DNA from: Planctomycetota bacterium
GTDB taxonomy: Bacteria; Planctomycetota; UBA1135; UBA2386
Direction of reading: 5' to 3'
Assembly (NCBI GenBank): GCA_046290465.1
Contig: JBKAGP010000001.1
Location: 3,712,001 to 3,776,000, forward strand
DNA: 64,000 nucleotides
Shown in pieces: positions 19,698 to 29,542 of the stretch (position 1 is the stretch's first letter; every line of letters starts with the position of its first letter). The notes below the pieces were generated by a model. That model was not told the DNA's origin. It saw only the letters and a list, made by a program, of their open reading frames with translations, and made no database searches. The position numbers were made by a program, and so were the translations under genes.

Positions 19698-20651
19698 GAG
19701 GAGGTGGGTGGCGGCGGCGAGGGGGGCGTAGTGGCGCAGGTAGGCGGAACGGATCTCGGTGGGTGGTTGGCGGGGGGCTTTGGCGGGGTCGGCGAAGACC
19801 AGGTCGTCGAGGCCGGGCGGGAGGTGCACGCGGCCTGGCTCCGGGCGCCAGACCGGGACGCCGAGGGCGAGGCACTCGTGCAGGCGGAAGCACAGCTCGC
19901 CGACGCCGGGCAGGTCGAGGCCGAAGCGCACCGACTGCAGCGTGCCGAGCACGTCCTGGAACGGCTGCTCGCCGATCACCAGCCCACGCAGCGCGGGCCA
20001 GTCGGCGGCGAGCTGGCCGAGTCGTTCGCGACGGCGGCCTCGGTAGCGGCCGTGGTCGACGGTGCCGCAGAACGCCCAGTCCCAGGCCTCCGGCCGCCGC
20101 TCGATCCACCACTCCCGCTGCGCCCGCGTGTACTCGAGCCACAGCATCGCGGTGTTGAACAAGAACGGCAGCGGCCGCCAACCGTCGACCTCACGGCCGC
20201 CCGGCAGCTCGCGCGCGAACCGCTGCACGTGCGGCATCGCCTTGAACGCGACCTCGCGCGGCCCTTCGCGATCGGACATGTCGACGACGACGACCTCAGC
20301 GGTTCGCAGCGCACGCTCGCAGAACCACTGCAGCCGCTTGGGGTAGATCAGGATGCCGGCGTCCGCCTGCAGCGGGTCGCGCGGCTCGGCCGACCCGACC
20401 GCGCCAACTCCCTGCTCGAGGCAGTGCAGGTAGTCCGCGAACACGTCGACGAGCACCAGCAGGTCCGCCTCGCCGACGAACGGCTCGCCGCCGCCGAACA
20501 TGTGCGCGACCAACTCCCGGCGCATGCCGTCGAGCTGGCCGGCGACCTGCTCCGAACGGGCCGGCACGTAGCGCACGCGGTGCCCCAGCTCGAGCAGACC
20601 GATGGCCAGCCCGAGACCGTGGCCGCTGGGATCGACGACTTCGACGCGCAC
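19632..20651 (-). CDS. Hypothetical protein, possible glycosyltransferase-like
   Basis: Genome-like codon use; LLELGHRV start, FCGT and LDLPGVGELCFRLHECLALG resemble GT-B C-terminal motifs. Confidence 0.55.
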   Translation of the reverse strand: MRVEVVDPSGHGLGLAIGLLELGHRVRYVPARSEQVAGQLDGMRRELVAHMFGGGEPFVGEADLLVLVDVFADYLHCLEQGVGAVGSAEPRDPLQADAGILIYPKRLQWFCERALRTAEVVVVDMSDREGPREVAFKAMPHVQRFARELPGGREVDGWRPLPFLFNTAMLWLEYTRAQREWWIERRPEAWDWAFCGTVDHGRYRGRRRERLGQLAADWPALRGLVIGEQPFQDVLGTLQSVRFGLDLPGVGELCFRLHECLALGVPVWRPEPGRVHLPPGLDDLVFADPAKAPRQPPTEIRSAYLRHYAPLAAATHLLKSCRTVRGSSSNFRAFANVHA

Positions 20652-20719
20652 ACGTCGGCATCGGCCGATGGCATCGGGCGGCTACATACGCAACAGAACG
20701 CAGCCGGCCGAACGGACCG

Positions 20720-20806
20720 CCAGGAGCGCGTCCATGGAGTGGACGCGCTGCCAACCGTGATCGCGGAAGCGGCGAGTAAGCGTGCGGACGGGGCTTTGCC
20801 CGCTAG
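20720..20806 (+). repeat. Repeat family B copy 2
   Basis: Matches 10008-10094 with few mismatches; terminal CTAG holds the recN stop. Confidence 0.85.
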
Positions 20807-22539
20807 CCGACCACCTGCTTGCCCGCCGTGCCGTCGCCGGTCTCCTCGCGCGCCTTCGCGACCAGGCGTCGCGCCTGCTCGAGCGCGGCGCCGTCGTCGC
20901 CGTCGCCGGTCGCCATCGCCGCGAGCTCCTTCTCGACCTCGCTGGCCGGCAGCTGCCGGACGTTGGACGTGGTGCGCTCGCCAACGACCTTGTTGACCAG
21001 GAAGTGCTGCTGCGCAAACGCCGCGACCGGGGCCAGGTGGGTCACGATGACGACCTGGTGGTGGCGCGCGACCTCGTGCAGCTTCTTGCCGACCTGCAGG
21101 CCGAGCCGGCCGCCGATCTCGGCATCGATCTCGTCCAACACCAGCAGCGGCACGCGATCCTGGTCGGCCATCGTCTTCTTGACGGCCAGCACGACGCGCG
21201 CGAGCTCGCCCCCGGACGCGGTCTCGCGCAGCGACTGCCACGGCTCGCCCGGATTGATGCGCACCTCGATGTCGACCGGCACCGGACCGTGCTCGGTCGC
21301 GTCGTCGAGCACCCGGTCGGCGGCGAACGTCTCGTCCATCGCCAGCTGCACCCCGGTGTGCTGCATGCCGAGGTCGTGCAGCTCCGCCATGATCGCGGCG
21401 GCGAACGTGCGCCCCGCCTTCTTGCGCGCGCGCACCAGCTTGCGGCCGAGCTGCACGACCCCGTCGGTCGCCTTGCGCAGCTCCTGCAGCAGCACCTCCG
21501 GCTCGGTGTCGGCGTCCTCGAGCTGCTCGAGCTCACGCTCGGTCGCCACCAGGTTGTCGCGCAGATCCTGCTCGGTCGGCCCGAAGCGCTTCAGCGCGCC
21601 GTGGATCTCGTCGAGCCGCTCCTCGACCGCCGCCAGCCGACCGGGGTCCAGCTCGAGCCGGGCCTGCCCGGACTGCAGCTTGCGGCTGACGTCGGCGACC
21701 AGATCCTCGATCTGCGCCATCTGCTCCGACGCCTCCTCGAGCCGCACGTCGATCGCGGCTGCCTGCTGCACCGCGCGCACCGCGATCGCCAGCTGGTCGG
21801 CGACGTTGGTCTCGCCGTCCTGCATCGCGGTCAGCGCGTCGTCGAGCTGCTGCCGCATCGCGTCGAGGTTGCTCAGCACCTGGTGCTCCTGCTCGAGCTG
21901 CGCGAGTTCGCCCTCGCCGAGCGCCAGCTGCTTCATCTCGGAGAACTGGAACCGCAGGAACTCGAGCCGCTGCTTGCGCTCGCGTTCGCCCTCGGCCTGC
22001 CGACCGATGCGTGCGCGCAGCTCGCGGGCGGCGACCAGCGCCGTCGCGAACTGGCCGCGCAGCGCCGCCGTGCCGGCGAACGCGTCGAGCGTCTCGCACT
22101 GGATCTCCGGCCGCATCAGCGCGCGCGACTCGCCCTGGCCGTGGATCTCGAGCAGCATGCCGCCGAGTTCGCGCAGCGCCGAAAGCGTGGCCGGCCGACC
22201 GCCGAGGCGCACCCGGGTGCGGCCGCCCTTGTCGACGATGCGCGTCACCAGCAGCAGGTCGTCGTCGACCGCGCCGCCGCAGGCCTGCTCGACGAACCGG
22301 GCGATCGCGGCGCTGCGCGCGCCCCCGCCGAGCCGGAATTCACCGTCGACCTGCAGTTCCGCTGCACCGTGTCGGACCAGGCTGCCCTGCGCCTTCTCGC
22401 CGCGCAGCAGCTTGAGCGCAGTGATCAGCAGCGACTTGCCGCCGCCCGTTTCGCCCGACACCACGGTCAGTCCGTCGGCCATGCGCAGCTCGGCGCGTTC
22501 GATCAGGGCGAGGTTGCGGATGTGCAGGGTGTGCAGCAT
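20803..22539 (-). CDS. recN: DNA repair protein RecN
   Basis: Walker A GETGGGKS, EIHGQ, coiled coil, ASGGELAR, LDEID and VTHLAPVAA. Confidence 0.96.
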   Translation of the reverse strand: MLHTLHIRNLALIERAELRMADGLTVVSGETGGGKSLLITALKLLRGEKAQGSLVRHGAAELQVDGEFRLGGGARSAAIARFVEQACGGAVDDDLLLVTRIVDKGGRTRVRLGGRPATLSALRELGGMLLEIHGQGESRALMRPEIQCETLDAFAGTAALRGQFATALVAARELRARIGRQAEGERERKQRLEFLRFQFSEMKQLALGEGELAQLEQEHQVLSNLDAMRQQLDDALTAMQDGETNVADQLAIAVRAVQQAAAIDVRLEEASEQMAQIEDLVADVSRKLQSGQARLELDPGRLAAVEERLDEIHGALKRFGPTEQDLRDNLVATERELEQLEDADTEPEVLLQELRKATDGVVQLGRKLVRARKKAGRTFAAAIMAELHDLGMQHTGVQLAMDETFAADRVLDDATEHGPVPVDIEVRINPGEPWQSLRETASGGELARVVLAVKKTMADQDRVPLLVLDEIDAEIGGRLGLQVGKKLHEVARHHQVVIVTHLAPVAAFAQQHFLVNKVVGERTTSNVRQLPASEVEKELAAMATGDGDDGAALEQARRLVAKAREETGDGTAGKQVVG

Positions 22540-22648
22540 GGATGCGCTTCGAAGCATGCCGCCGACGGTCGCGCGGCGCCATCCATCAAGTGTCCCGAAG
22601 ACGCGCACGGTCGCAGGGATCGCAACCGGCGGACAAGCCGCAGATCCT

Positions 22649-22657
22649 TGCTACACT
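22649..22657 (+). promoter_or_regulatory. Putative extended -10 element (TGnTACACT) of the protease gene
   Basis: TGCTACACT 33 nt upstream of ATG 22691; motif match only. Confidence 0.35.
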
Positions 22658-22690
22658 TCTTCGCGCCCCGTCCGCCCCTCCTTTCTGCCA

Positions 22691-25027
22691 ATGGCTATCT
22701 CCCGCATTGCAGCCACCCTGCTGCTCGCATCCTCCATCTGTGCCCAGGCGGTCCCGCCCCGGCACACCACCCACTACATCGACGTCGACTCCGGCATCGT
22801 CCGCAACGACTCGACCTCGCCGGCTGCCGTCGGCATCCCGCAGGTCGTTTGGTCGCACGTCGTCACCATCCCGACCTCGTCCTGGCTGCGCCTCGAGTAC
22901 CAGGGCGTGCTGCTGTCCGGCAACGCCGACCGCGGCAGCGACGGCTCGTTCCTTCGCCTGACGTCGATGCGCGACGGCGCGATCCAGACGCAGCACCTGC
23001 GCCACGTCGGCGAGTGGCAGGACACGTCCGCCTACTTCAACGGCGATACGGTCCTGGTCGAACTGCTCGCCCACCCCGGCACCGGCGACAACCGGCTGGT
23101 GCTCAAGGCGGTGCAGGCCGGCCCCGCGGCACCTCCCGGTGACGACAGCATCTGCGGACCGGTCGACGACCGCGTGCTCAGCAGCGACCCGCGCGTCGGC
23201 CGCAACCAGCCGACCGGCTGCACGTCGTGGATGATCAACGACTGCAGCCACTGCTTTCTGACCGCCGGCCACTGCGCGGGCAGCGGCCTGCAGGTCGTCG
23301 AGTTCAACGTGCCGCTCTCGAACGGGAACGGCTCGCTCAACCACCCGCCCCCGTCGGACCAGTACGCGGTCGACACGTCGTCGCTGCAGGACAACGGCGG
23401 CCAGGGCGTCGGCAACGACTGGGCCTACTTCGGGGTGTTCGACAACTCGACCACCGGGCTGTCGGCCTACGCCGCGCAGGGCAACCAGGCGTTCGACCTG
23501 ATCAACCCGCCGGGCGTCAGCGGCCAGAACATCCGCATCACCGGCAACGGCTCGACGTCGTCGCCGGTCTCGCCGACCTGGTACCTGGTGCAGAAGACGC
23601 ACTCGGGCCCGTACTTCAGCTTCTCCGGCACGACCGTCCGCTACACCACGGACACGACCGGCGGCAACTCGGGTTCGCCCGTGATCCTCGACGGCACCAA
23701 CCAGGCGATCGGCATCCACACGCACGGCGGCTGCTCGTCGACCGGCGGTTCGAACGCCGGCACCGGCGCCAACCACAGCGGCCTGCAGAACGCGCTGGCC
23801 AACCCGCAGGGTGTCTGTGACTGCCCCGCGCTCGAGTTCTCGTACCCGAACGGGCTGCCGACGGTGATCGACCCGATGGGCACGACGACGCTGCGCATCA
23901 CGACCTCGGGCCCGATCGGCCTGCAGGCCGGCACGCTGCGCCTCAACGTCTCGACCGGCGGCGCCTACCAGCAGATCGTGCCGACCGCGATCAACGCCAA
24001 CACGTTCGACGCGACGTTCCCGTCGACCGCCTGCGGCAGCAACGTGATGTTCTACGTCAGCGCCACCGGCCTCGACGCGAACACCTACACCAGCCCGGAG
24101 AACGCGCCGACGTCGGTCTTCTCGGCGCCGTCGGCGGCCGCGCTGACCACGATCCGCAACTACAACTTCAACACCAACCCGCCGGGCTGGTCGGTGGTCA
24201 ACACCGCGCTGTCGACCGGCGCCTGGGTCCGCGCGACGCCGCAGGACTCGCGCGGCCCGTCGGCCGACGGGGACGGCAGCGGCCAGTGCTGGGTCACCGG
24301 CAATGCCAACAACGAGGACGTCGACGGCGGCCCGACCGTGCTGACCACCGAGGTCGTCGACCTGTCGGCGGCCAACGCGCCGGTCGTCAGCTACCTGGTC
24401 TGGTTCGAGATCGGCGGCACCACGCCCAACGACACGCTCGACATCAGCGCGTCGAACGACGGCGGCCAGACCTGGACGGCGATCGAGTCGGTCTCCGGCA
24501 CCAACGACTGGGAGTCGCGCACGTTCGACGTCGCGTCGGTGTTCCCGAACCCCGATCAGTTCGTGATGCGTTTCTCGGTCTCGGACAACCCGAACAACTC
24601 GGTGACCGAGGCGGCGCTCGACGCGTTCCGCATCGTCGACGCGGACTGCGCGATCGGCACGTTCTCGAACTACGGCGTCGGCTGCAGCAACGGCCTCAGC
24701 GCGCCGACCATGCAGGCGCTGACGATGCCGAACCTCGGCACCACGTTCATCGCCCGCACCGCCAACCTCGGTGGCGCACCGGCGGCGATGATCGTCGGCC
24801 TCGCGAGCGAGAACCTGCCGCTGACGCTGCCGGCCTTCGCCGGCAACTGCACGCTGCTGGCCCGCCCGGACGTGGTCGAGGTCCTCAATGTGTTCGCCAA
24901 CCAGGCGCTCTACCAGCTGGTGCTGCCGAACGACCCGAACCTGTCGGGCACGCAGTTCCACCTGCAGTCGATCGAGTTCGGCCCGCTCTGGACGATGTCC
25001 GACGGCGGCGTCGGCACGATCAACTAG
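22691..25027 (+). CDS. Secreted trypsin-like (S1) serine protease, multidomain
   Basis: Signal peptide; TAGHC, NDW and GNSGSP catalytic triad motifs; beta-rich domains; shared C-terminal domain. Confidence 0.92.
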   Translation: MAISRIAATLLLASSICAQAVPPRHTTHYIDVDSGIVRNDSTSPAAVGIPQVVWSHVVTIPTSSWLRLEYQGVLLSGNADRGSDGSFLRLTSMRDGAIQTQHLRHVGEWQDTSAYFNGDTVLVELLAHPGTGDNRLVLKAVQAGPAAPPGDDSICGPVDDRVLSSDPRVGRNQPTGCTSWMINDCSHCFLTAGHCAGSGLQVVEFNVPLSNGNGSLNHPPPSDQYAVDTSSLQDNGGQGVGNDWAYFGVFDNSTTGLSAYAAQGNQAFDLINPPGVSGQNIRITGNGSTSSPVSPTWYLVQKTHSGPYFSFSGTTVRYTTDTTGGNSGSPVILDGTNQAIGIHTHGGCSSTGGSNAGTGANHSGLQNALANPQGVCDCPALEFSYPNGLPTVIDPMGTTTLRITTSGPIGLQAGTLRLNVSTGGAYQQIVPTAINANTFDATFPSTACGSNVMFYVSATGLDANTYTSPENAPTSVFSAPSAAALTTIRNYNFNTNPPGWSVVNTALSTGAWVRATPQDSRGPSADGDGSGQCWVTGNANNEDVDGGPTVLTTEVVDLSAANAPVVSYLVWFEIGGTTPNDTLDISASNDGGQTWTAIESVSGTNDWESRTFDVASVFPNPDQFVMRFSVSDNPNNSVTEAALDAFRIVDADCAIGTFSNYGVGCSNGLSAPTMQALTMPNLGTTFIARTANLGGAPAAMIVGLASENLPLTLPAFAGNCTLLARPDVVEVLNVFANQALYQLVLPNDPNLSGTQFHLQSIEFGPLWTMSDGGVGTIN

Positions 25028-25108
25028 GCCGTTCGGCGAACGGAAGCTGCGCTCGGGTCTTTCCTCGTGGCCGCCAAGGGACGACGATCCCCGGCCACGA
25101 GGAAGACC

Positions 25109-26398
25109 ATGAGTGAAGCCAGCAACCAGGCCGACAGCCGGGGCGCCGCAGGCGCCGATCTCTTCTCCCGCTCGATCGCCCGGGTCGAGGAAGCCGCCAG
25201 ACACGCGCGCATCGACCCGGAGACCCTGCTGCGCATGTCGGCACCGCGGCGGACCGTCGAGGTCTCGCTGCCGCTGCGCATGGACGACGGCACGCTGCGG
25301 CTGTTCCGCGCCTACCGCGTGCAGTACGACGACGTGCGCGGGCCGTTCAAGGGCGGCATCCGCTTCCACCCGCAGGTCGACCTCGCCGAGGTGAAGTCGC
25401 TGGCGCTGTGGATGGCGCTGAAGTGCGCGGTGGTCGACATCCCGTTCGGCGGCGGTAAGGGCGGCGTCGAGGTCGACCCGCACCAGCTGTCGCTGGCGGA
25501 GACCGAACGGCTCAGCCGCGCCTACGTGCGCGCGATCGCCGACGTGATCGGCGTCGACCGCGACGTGCCGGCGCCGGACGTCTACACCAACGCGCGCACG
25601 ATGGCGTGGATGGCGGACGAGTACTCGAGCGTCGTGCGGCAGCACGAGCCGGGCGTGATCACCGGCAAGCCGGTCGGTCGCGGCGGCAGCCTGGGCCGCG
25701 ACGACGCCACCGGCCGCGGCGGCTACTACGTGCTCAAGGAGATCGAGGCGCAGCGCGACTGGAAGCCGAGCCAGATCACCGTGGCGATCCAGGGGTTCGG
25801 CAACGCCGGGCAGCACATCGCCAAGCTGCTGCACAAGGACGGCTACAAGGTGGTCGCGGTCAGCGATTCGCGCGGCGGCATCCACTCGCCCGAAGGCCTC
25901 GACATCCCGTCGGTGATCGAGACCAAGAGCTCGACGCGGCGCCTGCCCGAGGTCGGCAGCAAGCTCGACAGCGGCGCGCTGCTCGAACTCGACGTCGACG
26001 TGCTGGTGCCCGCCGCCCTCGAGGACCAGATCACCGCCGACAACGCCGCCAACGTGAAGGCCAAGGTCCTGATCGAACTCGCCAACGGCCCGACCACCGG
26101 CGAGGCCGACGCGATCCTGCACCAACAGGGCGCGCTGGTCGTCCCCGACGTGCTCGCCAACGCCGGCGGCGTGACGGTCAGCTGGTTCGAGTGGCTGCAG
26201 AACCGCGCCGGCATCTACTGGGAGCTCGAAGAGGTGCACCAGAAGCTGCGCACCACCATGCAGACCCAGTACCGCACCCTGCACAGCCGCATGACCGAGA
26301 TCGGCACCCCCATGCGCACCGCCGCCTACGCCGTCGCCCTCGAACGCCTCGACCGCGCCCACGGCGCCACCGGCACCGCCCAGGACTTCCAGAAGTAG
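25109..26398 (+). CDS. gdhA: Glu/Leu/Phe/Val dehydrogenase (glutamate dehydrogenase)
   Basis: KGGIRFHP, GGGKGG, DVPAPD, QGFGNAG, ELANGP and PDVLANAGGV. Confidence 0.95.
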   Translation: MSEASNQADSRGAAGADLFSRSIARVEEAARHARIDPETLLRMSAPRRTVEVSLPLRMDDGTLRLFRAYRVQYDDVRGPFKGGIRFHPQVDLAEVKSLALWMALKCAVVDIPFGGGKGGVEVDPHQLSLAETERLSRAYVRAIADVIGVDRDVPAPDVYTNARTMAWMADEYSSVVRQHEPGVITGKPVGRGGSLGRDDATGRGGYYVLKEIEAQRDWKPSQITVAIQGFGNAGQHIAKLLHKDGYKVVAVSDSRGGIHSPEGLDIPSVIETKSSTRRLPEVGSKLDSGALLELDVDVLVPAALEDQITADNAANVKAKVLIELANGPTTGEADAILHQQGALVVPDVLANAGGVTVSWFEWLQNRAGIYWELEEVHQKLRTTMQTQYRTLHSRMTEIGTPMRTAAYAVALERLDRAHGATGTAQDFQK

Positions 26399-26430
26399 CC
26401 GTACGGTACCTGGTTCATCCTCCAACTTTC
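26393..26430 (+). repeat. Repeat family A (GTAG variant), left 38-bp inverted repeat
   Basis: AAGTAGCCGTACGGTACCTGGTTCATCCTCCAACTTTC, exact reverse complement of 28280-28317. Confidence 0.9.
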
Positions 26431-26451
26431 GCCGCCTCCGCCATCACGCGG

Positions 26452-26478
26452 AAGTTGCCGTACGGCACCTGGTTCACC
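26452..26478 (+). repeat. Repeat family A partial degenerate copy
   Basis: AAGTTGCCGTACGGCACCTGGTTCA. Confidence 0.75.
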
Positions 26479-26481
26479 CCA

Positions 26482-28194
26482 CTACTCCGGCGAACGAACG
26501 TCGAACACCACCGGCTTGCCGTCCTCGATCTCCACCGTCGCGACGCCTTGCATCCTCACGCGCGCCTGCAAGCTGGTCGAGACGACCACGTATTCGCCCG
26601 CCGCGACGAACGGCAGGCGGTATCGACCGTCGGCGCCGCTGGTGACGCGATAGGTCTGCCCCGGTCGCTGGCGACGCCGCCGGTCGAACGGCGGCATCAC
26701 CACCAGCTCGGCCAGGGCCGCCGGCGCGCCGTCGTCGTCGAAGACCACGCCGCTGAGTGCGGCGCCAGGATCGAACGCGAGCGGCTCGGGCTCGACGGTC
26801 TGCCCGGCGACGACGCGAACGCTGGCTCGCCCGATGCGGCCGTCGCTGCCGGTCGCGGTGATGCGGTAGTCGCCGGGCGGCAGCCCCGACAGCTCGATCC
26901 GGCCGCCGGCGTCGGCCGCGGTGACCACGCTCCCCGCGGTCGCGCCGCTGCGCGCGAGCACGACGTTCGCGGCAGCCAGGTAGCCGCCGTTCGGTGTGCG
27001 CAGGGTGCCGCGCAGTCGCCCGGCCGCAGCCGTGTCGAGGCGGAGCGGTTGGTCAGCGGATGACGTGACCGACAGCCAGCAGACGCCGTCGCCGCCCAGC
27101 CGCGTCTTCGGGATGCCGAGGTAGCGTTCGCTGGACAGCACGCCGACGTCGACGAGCACGCCCGGATAGATCGGCACCTCGATGCAGAACGTCCCGTCGT
27201 CGCCGCTCGGCACCGGCGCGCTGCGGCGACCTTCGAACAGCGACACCACCGGCACGCCGGCGAGCGGGCGACCGAGTTCGTCGACGACCTTGCCGTGCAT
27301 GACCGTTCTCGACGTCACGACCTTCTCCGGCAGCGGCTGCATCTCGAATCGAAGCCGCTGCTGGGAGCGCGGTGACAGGCGGATCACGACCGGCAGGCTC
27401 GACATGCCGGCGGCGTCGGCGCGCAGCTCTTCGCGGCTCGGGACCGGCCAGATCCGCGCGATGCCGTCGTCGCCGACCGCGGCCTCGCGCGCGCGGCGCG
27501 GCAGGCTGATGGCGTAGTCGCCGTAGGCCGATCGCTTCGGCGCGTAGAAGACCCTCGCGGCGCGGCCCTTCTCGATACCGCGCACCTCGACGACGCGCTG
27601 CTCGACGGCGGTCTTCGGCAGCTCGATCGCTACCGGAGCGGCGACGTCGTTCTCGAGCTGGACCGTGACGATCCCGAACCCCGGCTGGAACACCACGACG
27701 GCGACCCGGCGCAGCGGAGCAGCGTCGACCCGCCACCTGCCGGCCTCGTCGGTGGTCGTCTCCTGACTCCAGGCCAGGCACCGCGACTGCAGGCCGACCT
27801 CGCGAACGAGCACGTCGGCGCCGACGACGGGACTGCCGTCGGGCCATCGAACGACGCCCGCAACCGCGCGTCCATCGTCCAGCCGCAGCGTCGCCTGGCG
27901 ACGGCGCCCCCTGGACCCGACCTCGACGCCGCGCTGCACCTTGCCTTCGGCCTTCGCGTGCACGAACAGCTGGCCGAACGGCAGCCGCCGCAGCTGGTAG
28001 ATGCCGCTGCCGTCGGCGACCGTGCGCGCGACGACCTCGCCGTGCTCGTCGGTCACCCAGACGTCGGCGACCGGCACGGCCTCGTGCAGGGCATCCACGA
28101 CGCACCCGAACAGCATCGACTCGGGCCAGCCCTGCTGCGCCGGCGACGTCGTCGTCAGCAGCGCGAGCACGGGCACCATGCACGACCTCTTCAT
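26482..28194 (-). CDS. Secreted protein with repeated carboxypeptidase-regulatory-like (transthyretin-like) domains
   Basis: Signal peptide; repeated G-x-V-x-D-x-x-G-x-P-V and T(D/G)xxGxY/F...LPxGxY units. Confidence 0.8.
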   Translation of the reverse strand: MKRSCMVPVLALLTTTSPAQQGWPESMLFGCVVDALHEAVPVADVWVTDEHGEVVARTVADGSGIYQLRRLPFGQLFVHAKAEGKVQRGVEVGSRGRRRQATLRLDDGRAVAGVVRWPDGSPVVGADVLVREVGLQSRCLAWSQETTTDEAGRWRVDAAPLRRVAVVVFQPGFGIVTVQLENDVAAPVAIELPKTAVEQRVVEVRGIEKGRAARVFYAPKRSAYGDYAISLPRRAREAAVGDDGIARIWPVPSREELRADAAGMSSLPVVIRLSPRSQQRLRFEMQPLPEKVVTSRTVMHGKVVDELGRPLAGVPVVSLFEGRRSAPVPSGDDGTFCIEVPIYPGVLVDVGVLSSERYLGIPKTRLGGDGVCWLSVTSSADQPLRLDTAAAGRLRGTLRTPNGGYLAAANVVLARSGATAGSVVTAADAGGRIELSGLPPGDYRITATGSDGRIGRASVRVVAGQTVEPEPLAFDPGAALSGVVFDDDGAPAALAELVVMPPFDRRRRQRPGQTYRVTSGADGRYRLPFVAAGEYVVVSTSLQARVRMQGVATVEIEDGKPVVFDVRSPE

Positions 28195-28279
28195 CGGCAG
28201 CTCCTGTTCGCTCCGGCGACCGCGGCGTGCGGCCGTTGGTCAGCGAAGCAGCCGGGTCGGGATCTGGGTAGCCCCTCCT

Positions 28280-28317
28280 GAAAGTTGGAGGATGAACCAG
28301 GTACCGTACGGCTACTT
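28280..28317 (-). repeat. Repeat family A (GTAG variant), right 38-bp inverted repeat
   Basis: Exact reverse complement of 26393-26430; contains the DUF420 gene TAG. Confidence 0.9.
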
Positions 28318-28776
28318 TTGGGGGAGGTGGTAGAGGAGGAGGTAGATGACGACGCCGGTGATCGAGACGTAGAGCCAGATCGGCGTGGTGATCTTGGCCC
28401 ACTTCTTGTGGGCTTCGCGGCGGTCCTTGAGGCCGAGGTAGACCGTGCGCAGGATCAGCGGCACCTGCACGGCGGCGAGCACGATGTGCGAGATCAGCAG
28501 GGTGAAGTAGACCGGGCGGATGGCGCCCTCGCCCTGGAACTTCACCGATTCGCAGGTCGCGTGGTAGGTCAGGTAGCAGGCCAGGAACAGCGCCGACGTG
28601 CCGACGGCGGCCAGCATCAGCTTCTTGTGCAGCTCGACGTTGCCGCGCTTGATCGCGACCAGGCCGGCGCAGATCAGCACGAACGCGATCCCGTTGAGGA
28701 TCGCGTCGACATCGGCGAGGAAGCGGAAGTCGATCCCGCCGGGGCCCGGGGCGACGACGTCGAGCAGTGCGATCAT
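28312..28776 (-). CDS. DUF420 family membrane protein
   Basis: HKKLM, FLACYLTYH, LISHIVLA, HKKWAK and WLYVSITGV. Confidence 0.92.
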   Translation of the reverse strand: MIALLDVVAPGPGGIDFRFLADVDAILNGIAFVLICAGLVAIKRGNVELHKKLMLAAVGTSALFLACYLTYHATCESVKFQGEGAIRPVYFTLLISHIVLAAVQVPLILRTVYLGLKDRREAHKKWAKITTPIWLYVSITGVVIYLLLYHLPQK

Positions 28777-28780
28777 GGCA

Positions 28781-29542
28781 TCAGGCAGCGTCGCGCACGC
28801 TGCGGCGGGTGACGACGAAGGTGCCGAGCGCGAACGTCGCGACGGCGAACAGCGCGGTGCCGAGCAGGCAGACCGCGAACGACGGGCAGCCCGGCGCTTC
28901 GCCGTGCAGCGCATGCCGCAGCGAACCGACACCGTAGGTCATCGGATTGACGTGGCGGATCCAGCTGATCAGCCAGTGCGCCTTCTCGATCGGGAAGAAC
29001 GCGCCCGACAGCAGCAGCATCGGCATCAGGAACAGCATCATGATGCCGTGGTAGCCGGCGGCGCTGTCCATGAGCCAGGCGAGCACGAAGCCGAGCCCGG
29101 TCACCGCGACGGCCAGCAGCGCCAGCACGCCGAGGCCCATCAGCACGCGCACGAAGTCGAGTTCGATGCCCGCGAACGGCGCCAGCGCCAGGAACACCAC
29201 GGCCAGGCCGACGCCGAGCGTCGCGCCGCCGAGGATCTTGCCGAGCGCGATCGCGGCGCGCGGCACCGGCGACACCAGCACGCCCTGGAGGAAGCCCTCC
29301 TTGCGGTCCTCGATCACCGTGATGGTCGCGAAGATCGCCGTGAACAGCGTGATCATCGACAGCGTGCCGCTGAAGAAGTACTCGCTGTAGTCCATGCCGT
29401 TGAACTGCACGGAGCCGTGCAGCGCGCCGCTGAACAGCAGCCAGAAGATGATCGGCTGCATCAACGAACCGGTCAGCCGCGATCGGTCGCGCAGGAAGCG
29501 CACGATCTCACGGTGCCACAACGAGAAGACGGCCTTGCTCAT
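28781..29542 (-). CDS. ABC-2 type transporter permease
   Basis: Six TM; EDRKEGFL, LSGAFFP and NPMTY. Confidence 0.93.
   Translation of the reverse strand: MSKAVFSLWHREIVRFLRDRSRLTGSLMQPIIFWLLFSGALHGSVQFNGMDYSEYFFSGTLSMITLFTAIFATITVIEDRKEGFLQGVLVSPVPRAAIALGKILGGATLGVGLAVVFLALAPFAGIELDFVRVLMGLGVLALLAVAVTGLGFVLAWLMDSAAGYHGIMMLFLMPMLLLSGAFFPIEKAHWLISWIRHVNPMTYGVGSLRHALHGEAPGCPSFAVCLLGTALFAVATFALGTFVVTRRSVRDAA

Noticed and set aside
20819..22690. N-terminal 624 aa of the 1402-aa ORF
   Set aside because: Antisense to recN; the protease starts at the signal peptide at 22691
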